A stretch of 32,000 nucleotides of DNA from an archaeon (GTDB lineage: Archaea > Iainarchaeota > Iainarchaeia > Iainarchaeales > CSSED10-239). The notes under the pieces are model-generated. The model did not search any database. It had not been told where the DNA came from and saw nothing but the letters and a program-made list of their open reading frames with translations. A program made the translations under genes and the position numbers. The stretch's first letter is position 1, and the number at the start of each line of letters is the position of its first letter. The stretch spans positions 60,001 through 92,000 of the forward strand of contig DAOMZT010000001.1 in the NCBI GenBank assembly GCA_035400625.1, read 5' to 3'. Shown here one piece after another: positions 5,674 to 14,429 of this stretch.

Positions 5674-7134
5674 ATGGAGCATAAATTGTGTTTACTTAAT
5701 AGTAGTTATGAAAAAGACAGGGCAAGAGTGGTTCTCTACTTTGGTAGAGACCCTCTTAATAATAACTATGAATTAATACACAAAGCAACATATTATCCAT
5801 ATTTTATTGTAGAGTTAGAAAAAGAGCTAGTATCACAATTGCTTTCTGATTTTAAAAAAGATATTTCTCTTAAATCCCTAGACAAAAAGACCAAAATTAT
5901 TGCAAGAGACTTTGAACTACTTTCTAAGTGTTCTAAAATACTTCAACAGGCAACAGGAAAAAATATTATTCTAATAGAACCTGAAAGACAGTTTTTAATA
6001 AGAAATAATTGGAGTTACTATGATTCCTTTTGCGTTTTTAAAAGGAACATCAGAAAAATAAATAATGAAAACCACATACATTTTGCAATAAAAAACTATA
6101 CAAAAAATTTAAATTATTCTGAGAAAATAAGATTAATAGAGCCACTAACAAAGAAATTAATATTAAGTAATATCTTAAGGCTAAAACCAGAGACAAATAT
6201 TAAAAATGATCAAATACTAAATATACTTTTTGAAAATGAGTTTTTCAATAAAGAATTAATATTAACAAACACGAATAATTTCTATTACCAGACCAAAGAA
6301 AAATTTATTAAAGACCATATTAATCTAGATTTCTCTAATATTTTACCACACCTTTTAACTAAAAATTTCAATAATGTTGGTTTTGAAACCATAAATTGTG
6401 CTTGCTGCAAACCCCTTTCAACTTTACAAGAGAATGTTATGCCATCATCTCTTGTAGAAGTTGAATTTAAAAAATCTGGTTTTTATTTTATTTCTTGTGA
6501 TGATTATTGGGCAAGAGAATATCATAATAATCACGAACTAAAAGAGAACAGAGAAAACTACAAAAAGCAAAATGGCTTATTTAAGATGGTTGTTGGCCCT
6601 TTCTCTAAAGGGCAAAAAGAGAAAATATTGCTTGCTGATGCTTTAAGGCTTTTAAAAGACAAGGATCTAACAATATTAGAAAATCAAACAAACCTTGTCT
6701 GGAGCTGTAAAAAACAAGAATCTTTTGTTTCAAAGATAATTAACACTCTTTTTGAAAGACAAAATGTAATTGAACAATCAATTAACATTAGCACTCTTGG
6801 TAGCTATTCTGTTGGCAATTTTGAAAATTCTAAAGCTCTTGAAACAAACCCTCTTTTCTTACAATATTTAACAGAATATTCGCTTATTAATTCTTTAATT
6901 GAAGAAATCCCAAAATTTATGCAAAATAAAAATACTAAGTTTTATTCTTCTACAATAGACAATATCCTAAGAAACATAAAATATAATACTCTTGAAAGAG
7001 TTACAGAAAATGATGAGACATTAATCATTTCCAAAACAGGTAATTTTCAAATAAAAAATAAAACCTTGCTTTCAAAAATAAATAGTTCCTTTCAGGAAAT
7101 GGGGCTACCAATCCCTAGGTTAATCGTTAATTAA
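5674..7134 (+). CDS. family B DNA polymerase-like protein, apparently inactivated and lacking the exonuclease domain
   Basis: The N-terminus resembles the PolB N-terminal domain. Collinear degenerate motifs follow: A INLDFSNILPHLL (6319-6357), B KILLADALRL (6622-6651), C SINISTL (6778-6798) and KxY NTKFYSSTIDN (6931-6963). No Exo I-III motifs are present. The CDS itself is solid; the family call rests on alignment by eye. Confidence 0.55.
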   Translation: MEHKLCLLNSSYEKDRARVVLYFGRDPLNNNYELIHKATYYPYFIVELEKELVSQLLSDFKKDISLKSLDKKTKIIARDFELLSKCSKILQQATGKNIILIEPERQFLIRNNWSYYDSFCVFKRNIRKINNENHIHFAIKNYTKNLNYSEKIRLIEPLTKKLILSNILRLKPETNIKNDQILNILFENEFFNKELILTNTNNFYYQTKEKFIKDHINLDFSNILPHLLTKNFNNVGFETINCACCKPLSTLQENVMPSSLVEVEFKKSGFYFISCDDYWAREYHNNHELKENRENYKKQNGLFKMVVGPFSKGQKEKILLADALRLLKDKDLTILENQTNLVWSCKKQESFVSKIINTLFERQNVIEQSINISTLGSYSVGNFENSKALETNPLFLQYLTEYSLINSLIEEIPKFMQNKNTKFYSSTIDNILRNIKYNTLERVTENDETLIISKTGNFQIKNKTLLSKINSSFQEMGLPIPRLIVN

Positions 7135-7136
7135 AT

Positions 7137-7865
7137 TTAAAAGTCATAAACTTTTTCAGCAGTTAATTTATTATATAAAACCAATCTGTGTTTTAGAGTG
7201 TTGGATTTATCTTGAACAGTTTCTAATCTTATTTCTCTTAGTCCACCATTTTTCATTATGATATCATTTGCTTTCTCTATATTTCTTCTAATTAATTTAA
7301 AATTTGGTTTTTTGCTATTTAAGTTTGTTCTTGCATCATATGCAGGCACATAAGCTTTTTTATCAAGCCAAACACGCCTAAATCCTTTTGCTTCTTTTAT
7401 AACATTATAAGCCTCTGATTGAGTTTTACCAAAATCAGTATATGGTCGCAAAACTACAACCCCATCGACAGGGTCAAAATAAACAACACCTTTATGCTTT
7501 AATAGTTCATTATTTGCTAAATTAATATCTTGCTGTTTAACTTTTGAAGGGCCTTTAGAAACCAATGGGCTAAAAATACTAAGTACTTCATCTGTGTAAA
7601 AACTTTCTAAGTTCTGTGGTTTTTTATTTGTTAATGTTTTTGATTCTGCAATCTTTCTATAATATTCTATTTTCGCAGTTTGTTTTGGCTTTACAACTAT
7701 TTCCCTATATCCACCTACCCCTATAGCACCTGCCAATGCTGCAACAATTAATGTTTTTCTTAGTTTAGAAAAATTTGGCTTAATAGAGATTTTCCTTCTT
7801 GGTGTTGATGTTGATTTTGGTTTCAGTACTTTAATTTTCGTAAATTTTTTAGCCATAATTATCAA
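7137..7865 (-). CDS. hypothetical membrane-anchored protein with a K/R/P-rich N-terminal tail
   Basis: A basic tail KKFTKIKVLKPKSTSTPRRKISIKPNFSKLRK is followed by one hydrophobic segment, LIVAALAGAIGVGGY. Confidence 0.6.
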   Translation of the reverse strand: MIIMAKKFTKIKVLKPKSTSTPRRKISIKPNFSKLRKTLIVAALAGAIGVGGYREIVVKPKQTAKIEYYRKIAESKTLTNKKPQNLESFYTDEVLSIFSPLVSKGPSKVKQQDINLANNELLKHKGVVYFDPVDGVVVLRPYTDFGKTQSEAYNVIKEAKGFRRVWLDKKAYVPAYDARTNLNSKKPNFKLIRRNIEKANDIIMKNGGLREIRLETVQDKSNTLKHRLVLYNKLTAEKVYDF

Positions 7866-7934
7866 TATTGCTTTTTTATCAAATACTGATACAAAGAGTT
7901 TATAAACTTGATTTAAAATAAAAGAAAAAGAAAA

Positions 7935-7956
7935 GTAAGTTATAAAAATTACTTAC
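7935..7956 (-). terminator. hairpin spanning the Alba stop codon, followed by a T-rich tract
   Basis: On the minus strand, GTAAGT-N10-ACTTAC includes the TAA stop (7949-7951). It is followed by TTTTCTTTTTCTTTTATTTT. Confidence 0.4.
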
Positions 7957-8227
7957 ATAATTTTATTTCTATTGCTGATACTTTCATAGGGGTGTTATTC
8001 TCTGTAGTTATCTCTTCTGTTGAAATAACAATCTCAGATACCTTGACAGTATTAACAAATTTGTTTTTTACAATCTCAGCAACATCAACGGCTTTAGAGA
8101 TGGTCTTACCTCTTGCCTTTATTGTGACATTATCTGTGCCTTGATTAAATTGTGTTATCACTGCTAATACATAGGACATTGTTCCTTTTTTTCCGATGTA
8201 TATTGTGTTTCCTTCTATTTCGCTCAT
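7949..8227 (-). CDS. albA: DNA/RNA-binding chromatin protein Alba
   Basis: 92 aa. The sequence IYIGKK...YVLAVITQF......VTIKARGKTISKAVDVAEIVKNKF is typical of Alba. A GGGGGATGAT Shine-Dalgarno-like sequence lies upstream. Confidence 0.9.
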   Translation of the reverse strand: MSEIEGNTIYIGKKGTMSYVLAVITQFNQGTDNVTIKARGKTISKAVDVAEIVKNKFVNTVKVSEIVISTEEITTENNTPMKVSAIEIKLCK

Positions 8228-8397
8228 TGTATATCATCCCCCTTTAAATAGATGTATTTTTGAATTATATATTTACATAAACAAAATGTTTAAAAACAGA
8301 CATTTTTACTGCAAATTTTTAATAAACTAGATATTTATGAATATTAAGCGATTTCAAAAAAAAATACAAATCTATCTTTATAACCCTATCCAAGACA

Positions 8398-9597
8398 TCA
8401 AATTATTTTTTTTATTTTTTTCAAAGTCTCAGCTAATTTCTCTATTTCTTTTTTTGTGTTATAGAAATAAAAAGATGCTCTAACAAGCCCATCCTTATTT
8501 AACCGGGAAACTATAGGTTCAGCACAATGCATGCCAGCACGAGTTGCAATATTGCCATATTCATCAAGAAGAGATGAGAGCTCTCTTGACTTTATGCCCT
8601 TCAAATCAAAAAGCACGATTGAGCCTTGCTTTTTAGAATCGCAAGGATTGTAAAGTTTCAGACCAGATACATCATTTAATTTATCAAGTGCATAGTCTGT
8701 TAGAATCTTATCTTGTCTTTCAATATTATCCATGCCGATTTTTTCTAAATAATCAATTGCTGCAAGAGTTCCAAAGGCCCCAGCAATATTAGGTGTGCCT
8801 GCTTCAAATTTGTTTGGCAAGTTGTTCCATGTTGATTTTTTCAAAGTAACGTGAGCAATCATGTCCCCACCAAACTTTGCTGGCGAAAATTTGTTTAAGT
8901 ATTTTTCTTTGCCAATCAACACCCCAACCCCTGTTGGTCCAAGCATCTTATGCATCGTGCAAACAAAAAAATCAATATTTAGTTTTTTAAAGTCTATTTT
9001 TCTGTGTGGTGCAGATTGAGAACCATCAACACACACAAGGATATTTCTCTCTTTTGCAATATCCACAATCTCCTTGATTGGAGCAATAACTGCTGTTGTG
9101 TTTGAGATGTGCGCAATTGTTATTAGCTTTGTTCTATTTGTTATTTTCTTTTTAAAATCAGAGATATCAAAAGTAAGGTCTTGTTTTATCTCTACAAACT
9201 TTAATTTCAAACCAAGCTTTTGAGAAAGAAACTGCCAAGGCACAAGATTTGCATGATGCTCATAGACTGTTGTTAGAATCTCGTCTCCTTTCTTGAAATA
9301 ATTGCTATTATACAGCATATACATTATCATATTTAACGAATCTGTGCTATTGTGAGTTAATATTACTTCTTTTGGAGAACAATTAAAAAACTTAGAAAGT
9401 TTTAGGTGGCAATCCTCATAGACAACGCTTGCTTCTTGAGATAACTTATAAACACCTCTGTGAATATTAACTGGACAATTTCTATAATAATAATCGGTAG
9501 CTTTAATCACTGAAAGAGGTTTAAGGCTTGTTGCTGCATTATCTAAATATATCGTTTTTAATATTGGAAAATCCTTTCTATATTTTTCTAAATTCAT
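8398..9597 (-). CDS. sufS: cysteine desulfurase (class V aminotransferase, SufS/NifS-like)
   Basis: PLP-lysine motif CTMHKMLGPTGVGVL and active-site loop ATRAGMHCAEP. I place the start at the internal ATG 9597 (MNLEKYRKDFPIL). A TATA-like TTTATTTAAAAA and a GGAGA lie inside the 21-codon extension of the track ORF (to 9660). Confidence 0.85.
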   Translation of the reverse strand: MNLEKYRKDFPILKTIYLDNAATSLKPLSVIKATDYYYRNCPVNIHRGVYKLSQEASVVYEDCHLKLSKFFNCSPKEVILTHNSTDSLNMIMYMLYNSNYFKKGDEILTTVYEHHANLVPWQFLSQKLGLKLKFVEIKQDLTFDISDFKKKITNRTKLITIAHISNTTAVIAPIKEIVDIAKERNILVCVDGSQSAPHRKIDFKKLNIDFFVCTMHKMLGPTGVGVLIGKEKYLNKFSPAKFGGDMIAHVTLKKSTWNNLPNKFEAGTPNIAGAFGTLAAIDYLEKIGMDNIERQDKILTDYALDKLNDVSGLKLYNPCDSKKQGSIVLFDLKGIKSRELSSLLDEYGNIATRAGMHCAEPIVSRLNKDGLVRASFYFYNTKKEIEKLAETLKKIKKII

Positions 9598-9728
9598 GTG
9601 TTTTTCACATTCTCCTATTGAAATTAATATAGGCAATCTTTTTAAATAAATATGGGACAATATATATTATATAGAGTAAGCTAAAAACAGACTCTTTTTT
9701 TAATAATTACAAACAAAAATGATTATAT

Positions 9729-10013
9729 ATGAAGATACCAAAGCAAATAAAGGCATACTGTAAAAAATGTAAAAAACACCAACCTCACAAGCTTTCACAA
9801 TACAAATCAAGAAGTGCAAGAACCTTAGCAGTAGGCACTAGAAAAAATGTTAGAAAGCACAAGAAAGGCTATGGTGGAATGGCAAAGCACATTGCAACCG
9901 TAAAAAAACAGAATAAAAAACCAGTGTTTAATGCAGAATGTACAGTGTGTAAAGCAAAACACTACTATGTTATACCAAAGAAAATGAAAAAAACAGAATT
10001 TAAGACTGACTAA
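9729..10013 (+). CDS. rpl44e: 50S ribosomal protein L44e (eL42)
   Basis: 94 aa with the zinc-ribbon pattern CKKCKKH...CTVCK and a very basic composition, as is typical of L44e. Confidence 0.9.
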   Translation: MKIPKQIKAYCKKCKKHQPHKLSQYKSRSARTLAVGTRKNVRKHKKGYGGMAKHIATVKKQNKKPVFNAECTVCKAKHYYVIPKKMKKTEFKTD

Positions 10014-10180
10014 GGTCTTTATTTCTCTATTTCTTTAGTATTTTTAAATTCATCTATTATATATATTTATGGTTGTGATTTTTGATACTATCCATAAATT
10101 AGTAATAGCTAGTTTTGCTATTGCTTATTTTGTAGATATTAGAAAAATAATAAAACCAATTATTAAAAATATGATAAAAT

Positions 10181-12685
10181 ATGGCAATTGATTTTGAATC
10201 TGAAGAAATTATTGTTGGAAGAAACCAAAGCCAAATAAAGAAATATGGAAAGAAGGCTACTGGCTATATAGGCAAGGTTGTAGTGTCCAGCGGAGATGAG
10301 CCTGTTCTTGGCAAAAAAGTATTAATGGATGTCTCTCGTTCACATGTTGCGATAGTTTGTGGAAAAAGAGGTGGTGGCAAATGCCTGACAGGAGATACAC
10401 TCATAACCTTAGAAGACGGAAGAGAGATACCTATTCAAGACTTAGGAAAGGAGAATAAAAAAATAATTTCCTTACAAAAAAACCTGAAATTAAAATGTTG
10501 TAAAAAAGAACAATTCTACAAACGCACGGTAAACAAAGTATTAGAAATAACATTAAGAAGCGGGAAAAAAATAAAACTAACCCCAAATCATCCATTATTA
10601 ACAGTATGTGGTTGGAAAGAAACTAAAGATTTAAAAAAAGGAAGCAGAATTGCTACACCTAGAGAGGTGCCTAGATTTGGCAACAAAAAGCTTCGTGATT
10701 GTGAAGTTAAATTATTAGCATATTTAATCGCAGAGGGCCATTTAGGGAATGGATTTGTGTTGTTTTGCAATAATGATGAAAAAATCATTTCAGAATTCAA
10801 AAATGTAATTTATTCTTTTGATAAAGGACTAAAGATATCGCCTCATGGTCGCAATAACTTAAGAATATCTAAAATTGAAAATGGCAAAGAAAAAAACAGT
10901 TTAAGGAAATATTTTGATTCTCTTGGATTATATAATGTAAAATCAGATACTAAATTCATTCCAGAAACTATATTTCAATTACCTAAAGAACAACTTTCTA
11001 TATTTTTAAATAGATTATTTAGTTGTGATGGCACCATCCATTTTGATAAAAATAAAAAAGAATATAATATTTCTTATTCATCTTCATCTCCTAAACTAAT
11101 ACAACAAGTCCAAAGTTTGCTTTTAAGATTTGGATTGCTTTCAATAATTAGAACAAAAAAAACTAAAAAATTACCAAACTATGAACTAAAAATCTTGTCT
11201 TCTCAAAATTTAGAATTTATTAAAAAAATCGGGTTTTTTGGGAAAAAAGAAGAAATACAAAAAAAAGTAAAAACAAAAAATAGCAATCCTAATGTAGATA
11301 CAATACCTAAAGAAATTTGGGAAATTTACAGACCAAAAAACTGGGCGACAGTTGGTAAAGGATTTGGTTATAAATCATTAAGATCATCAATCAACTATTC
11401 TCCATCTAGAGAAAAACTACTTAAAATTGCAAATTGCGAAAATAATAAAGAATTGAAAAACCTTGCAACTAGCGATATCTTCTGGGACGAGATTATTGAT
11501 ATAAAAGAAATTAACAAAAAACAAACAGTTTATGATATAACAGTTCCAGAAACTCATAATTTTGTTGCAAACAACATTATTGTCCATAATAGCTATACTA
11601 TGTCTGTTCTGATAGAAGAATTTGCAAAACAGCCATTTGAAATTAAAGAAAGATTGTCTGTTATTGTCATAGACACTGTTGGAATATTCTGGACCATGAA
11701 ATATCCAAACAAAGAAGATGCAAAGCTTCTTGAAAAATGGAATCTCAAACCAGAAGGAATAGATATCAGAAATCTTGTGCCTTTTGGTAAGAAAGACTTC
11801 TATGAACAAAAAAATCTTCCACATGATGGTTGTTTCTCAATAAGGACTTCACAAATGGATATTGAAGATTGGCTTGGAGTATTTAGACTTAATTGGAGAG
11901 ATGCAGAGTCTTCTTTGCTTTCAAGAACTATAGAGAAAATAAAAAACAAGGTTGGAAATCTTTATGATATTGACGACATCATGAACGAAGCAAAAAAAGA
12001 CACAGAAACATCATCAGAAATAATCAACTCTTTAAATAATAGATTTCTTGTTGCTAAATCCTGGGGGCTATTCTCTAGATCAGGGACAACAATGAAGGAG
12101 TTTGCAAAGCCAGGAACAATAACTATTATTGATACCAGTACTTACAAAGAAGCAATTGGCATGGAATCAATTAGAGAACTTATTGTTGGAATACTTGGTA
12201 AAAGACTATATGAAGAAAGAATGCTTTATAGAAAAGAAGAAGAAATGGGGTTGTTATCTGGCGGAAGAAAAGAAAGCGAGATGCCAATTATCTGGATGAT
12301 GATTGATGAGGCACACATGTTTATGCCTAGCGACAGGCATTCAATGGCACTTGATGTTTTGTTACAATGGATCAGGGTTGGAAGACAGCCAGGGTTATCT
12401 TTGCTTCTTGCAACACAAAGGCCAAACAAATTACATAACGAGGCAATCTCGCAATGTGATTTTTTCTTGAGTATGAGAATGACTTCTCAAGAGGACATTA
12501 TGGCTGTCTCATCAATTAGGCCAAGCTATCTTAATATTCCTATGGACAAATATTATGGACAGATGCCAAAAGACCAAGGTTATGCAATACTTCTAGATGA
12601 TAACTCAGAAAAAGTAATGTTAATAAAAATTAGACCAAGAATAACATGGGATGGTGGAAAGACAGCAAATGTTTTTGTTGATTAA
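10181..12685 (+). CDS. HerA/FtsK-superfamily (DUF87-like) P-loop ATPase, host of an intein
   Basis: After conceptual splicing the Walker A reads GKRGGGK|SYTMSV. Walker B is IIWMMIDEAHMF (DEAH at 12305-12316), and LLLATQRPNKL is typical of HerA/VirB4-like ATPases. The extein is 431 aa. Confidence 0.8.
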   Translation: MAIDFESEEIIVGRNQSQIKKYGKKATGYIGKVVVSSGDEPVLGKKVLMDVSRSHVAIVCGKRGGGKCLTGDTLITLEDGREIPIQDLGKENKKIISLQKNLKLKCCKKEQFYKRTVNKVLEITLRSGKKIKLTPNHPLLTVCGWKETKDLKKGSRIATPREVPRFGNKKLRDCEVKLLAYLIAEGHLGNGFVLFCNNDEKIISEFKNVIYSFDKGLKISPHGRNNLRISKIENGKEKNSLRKYFDSLGLYNVKSDTKFIPETIFQLPKEQLSIFLNRLFSCDGTIHFDKNKKEYNISYSSSSPKLIQQVQSLLLRFGLLSIIRTKKTKKLPNYELKILSSQNLEFIKKIGFFGKKEEIQKKVKTKNSNPNVDTIPKEIWEIYRPKNWATVGKGFGYKSLRSSINYSPSREKLLKIANCENNKELKNLATSDIFWDEIIDIKEINKKQTVYDITVPETHNFVANNIIVHNSYTMSVLIEEFAKQPFEIKERLSVIVIDTVGIFWTMKYPNKEDAKLLEKWNLKPEGIDIRNLVPFGKKDFYEQKNLPHDGCFSIRTSQMDIEDWLGVFRLNWRDAESSLLSRTIEKIKNKVGNLYDIDDIMNEAKKDTETSSEIINSLNNRFLVAKSWGLFSRSGTTMKEFAKPGTITIIDTSTYKEAIGMESIRELIVGILGKRLYEERMLYRKEEEMGLLSGGRKESEMPIIWMMIDEAHMFMPSDRHSMALDVLLQWIRVGRQPGLSLLLATQRPNKLHNEAISQCDFFLSMRMTSQEDIMAVSSIRPSYLNIPMDKYYGQMPKDQGYAILLDDNSEKVMLIKIRPRITWDGGKTANVFVD
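10382..11590 (+). mobile_element. 403-aa intein with a LAGLIDADG homing endonuclease domain, inserted in the Walker A motif (GK|S)
   Basis: Block A is CLTGDTLITLEDG (Cys1). Block B is LTPNHPLL (TxxH). The LAGLIDADG motifs are LLAYLIAEGHLG and FLNRLFSCDGTI. Block F is VYDITVPETHNFVANN. Block G is IIVHN, followed by the +1 Ser. Confidence 0.85.
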
Positions 12686-12730
12686 AAAGCCTTTTTTCCA
12701 CAATCTCTTAGCTTTTTTTAAAAAAACAAA

Positions 12731-13411
12731 TTATTCATCAACCAATTTTGCTCCAAAATCTTTAGCAATAGTGTCTGCTATTTTTATTTTCTTGCTTGGA
12801 GCTTCTAATTGAAGTATGTTGTCTTTCTCAAAATAAATAACTAGGCTTTCAGAAGCAAGTCTGAACTTCATGGTCTGTGCCTTTAATACTTCGTCAAATA
12901 TCAGATTAATGTTTGTGGCAGGAACAATAATGTCAATTCCGACTTTCCTTCCTTTTATGTGCTCTGCTATATTATTAAGATCAATGGTGCCTACAACATT
13001 AAACTTTAGAACAAATTCAGAAATTTCAAAAGACTCAACAAGCCTCTCTATAAATTCTTTTGATTTTTTAGAGTTTTCAAATATCATTAGTCTATAGCAT
13101 CTGAAGTTTTCTAGGAAAACATCTCCTGCAGCTATTTTTTTCTCATAATCGTTTATTTCTGCATTAATGTTCTCTATAAGGATTAGCATTTTTTTATATA
13201 AGGAAATCAGTTCTCTTTTTTTTATTTCTTCTTCAATTATAGAATTTAAAAGCGGTTCTTTCTCGCTAATGTCTTGTAACTCTTTAACATCTTGAGCAAG
13301 TGATGATATTACCTCTTGCACTGGCTTATAGAGCTCTAGAATCTTATTTGTCCTATACAAGTTTTTATTTAAAGAATCAAATAATCTAGTTAATTTTGGA
13401 TCTTCTGGCAT
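12731..13411 (-). CDS. hypothetical protein (N-terminal coiled coil, C-terminal alpha/beta-looking domain)
   Basis: 226-aa ORF with a GGAGAG SD-like sequence upstream. It converges on the intein-bearing ATPase gene across a 45-nt T-rich spacer. Confidence 0.55.
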   Translation of the reverse strand: MPEDPKLTRLFDSLNKNLYRTNKILELYKPVQEVISSLAQDVKELQDISEKEPLLNSIIEEEIKKRELISLYKKMLILIENINAEINDYEKKIAAGDVFLENFRCYRLMIFENSKKSKEFIERLVESFEISEFVLKFNVVGTIDLNNIAEHIKGRKVGIDIIVPATNINLIFDEVLKAQTMKFRLASESLVIYFEKDNILQLEAPSKKIKIADTIAKDFGAKLVDE

Positions 13412-13483
13412 AACCTTCTCTCCTTTTGTAATATATAAGATTAGAAAAGGAACTATATTTAAAGTTATGTTATAGCTGTGTTT

Positions 13484-14395
13484 CTATTCATTTTCCTTTA
13501 TATCTAGATAACAATGATATGCAGCAATCGCACCTTGACTTGCTGAAGTTATTACTTGCTTTAAGTCACTTGCGTTTGTGGCGTCACCCGCTGCAAAGAT
13601 ACCTGCAATATTTGTTTTTTGCTCTTTATTAACAATTATAAATTTATTCTCATCTAGAGAAACATTTAGCTTTGACAAAAGCTCAGTGTTTGGAACAGAG
13701 CCAATCTCTATAAACAAGCCATCAATCTTTAGTTCTTTTCCTGTGTTTAGCTTTATGCCTTCTAGTTTTTCTTGCCCTAAAAGCTCAGCCACCTCTGCCT
13801 TATAAAGGATTTCTATGTTTTGCTTGGCTTTTGCAAGGTCAGCCCATGCCTTTTCTGCACGCAGTTCTTCTTTTCTGTAAATCAAATAAACTTTGGTAGC
13901 TATATCAGCCAAAAGAAGAGCAGAAGTAACAGCTGCATCAGAACCGCCAACAACTCCTACTACTTTTCCTTTGTAAAAGCCACCATCACAAGTTGCACAA
14001 TAACTTATTCCTTTTCCTGTCAACTCTTCTTCTCTATCTACTCCTAGCTTTTTTCTGGATCTGCCAATTGCAAGAATTATTTTTTTTGCTTTTACTGTTC
14101 TTTGATCAGAATTAACAATAAATACTTTTTCTTTTTTGTCAATTGCCATGACTTTTTCAAAAATAACCTCCACATCAAGAGATTGGACTTGTTCAAGAAC
14201 TCTTTCTGACCATTCCATTCCTGAGATTTCTGTAAAGCCAGGATAGTTACAAACCTTGTGAGCATAGGTTATTGTTCCACCAAAAGAATCAGAAAAGACT
14301 AATGTCTTTAAGCCATATCTTGAGGCATAGATAGCAGCAGTAAGTCCTGCAGCGCCTCCACCAACAATAACCACATCATAACAATTATCGCTCAT
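13484..14395 (-). CDS. trxB: thioredoxin-disulfide reductase
   Basis: FAD motif VVIVGGGAAGLTAAIYASR, redox CATCDG, NADPH motif GVVGGSDAA, and C-terminal GIFAAGD. Confidence 0.9.
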   Translation of the reverse strand: MSDNCYDVVIVGGGAAGLTAAIYASRYGLKTLVFSDSFGGTITYAHKVCNYPGFTEISGMEWSERVLEQVQSLDVEVIFEKVMAIDKKEKVFIVNSDQRTVKAKKIILAIGRSRKKLGVDREEELTGKGISYCATCDGGFYKGKVVGVVGGSDAAVTSALLLADIATKVYLIYRKEELRAEKAWADLAKAKQNIEILYKAEVAELLGQEKLEGIKLNTGKELKIDGLFIEIGSVPNTELLSKLNVSLDENKFIIVNKEQKTNIAGIFAAGDATNASDLKQVITSASQGAIAAYHCYLDIKENE

Positions 14396-14429
14396 AATAA
14401 ATTAATAAAAGAAAAAGAATATAAAAGAA

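Noticed and set aside
7712-7721. A possible third copy of the GC-rich box (CACCTACCCC, identical to 5581-5590)
   Set aside because: Only 10 nt match, and the sequence lies inside ORF 7137-7865, where it encodes the GVGG of a TM/glycine segment. Coding constraint or chance is the more plausible explanation.
9598-9660. 21-codon N-terminal extension of the cysteine desulfurase ORF (MSHIYLKRLPILISIGECEKH)
   Set aside because: The extension contains a TATA-like TTTATTTAAAAA and a GGAGA upstream of the internal ATG at 9597. Homologues normally begin near the MNLEKYRKDFPIL-type sequence.
10588-12429. Three minus-strand ORFs (10588-10800, 11417-11824, 12226-12429) inside the intein/ATPase gene
   Set aside because: They overlap a CDS supported by intein blocks and Walker motifs, so they are shadow ORFs.
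10181-12685. Calling the ATPase the DNA-repair helicase HerA of the HerA-NurA-Mre11-Rad50 system
   Set aside because: No nurA, mre11 or rad50 genes are adjacent. Only superfamily-level motifs are visible, so I keep the call at HerA/FtsK-superfamily (DUF87-like) ATPase.
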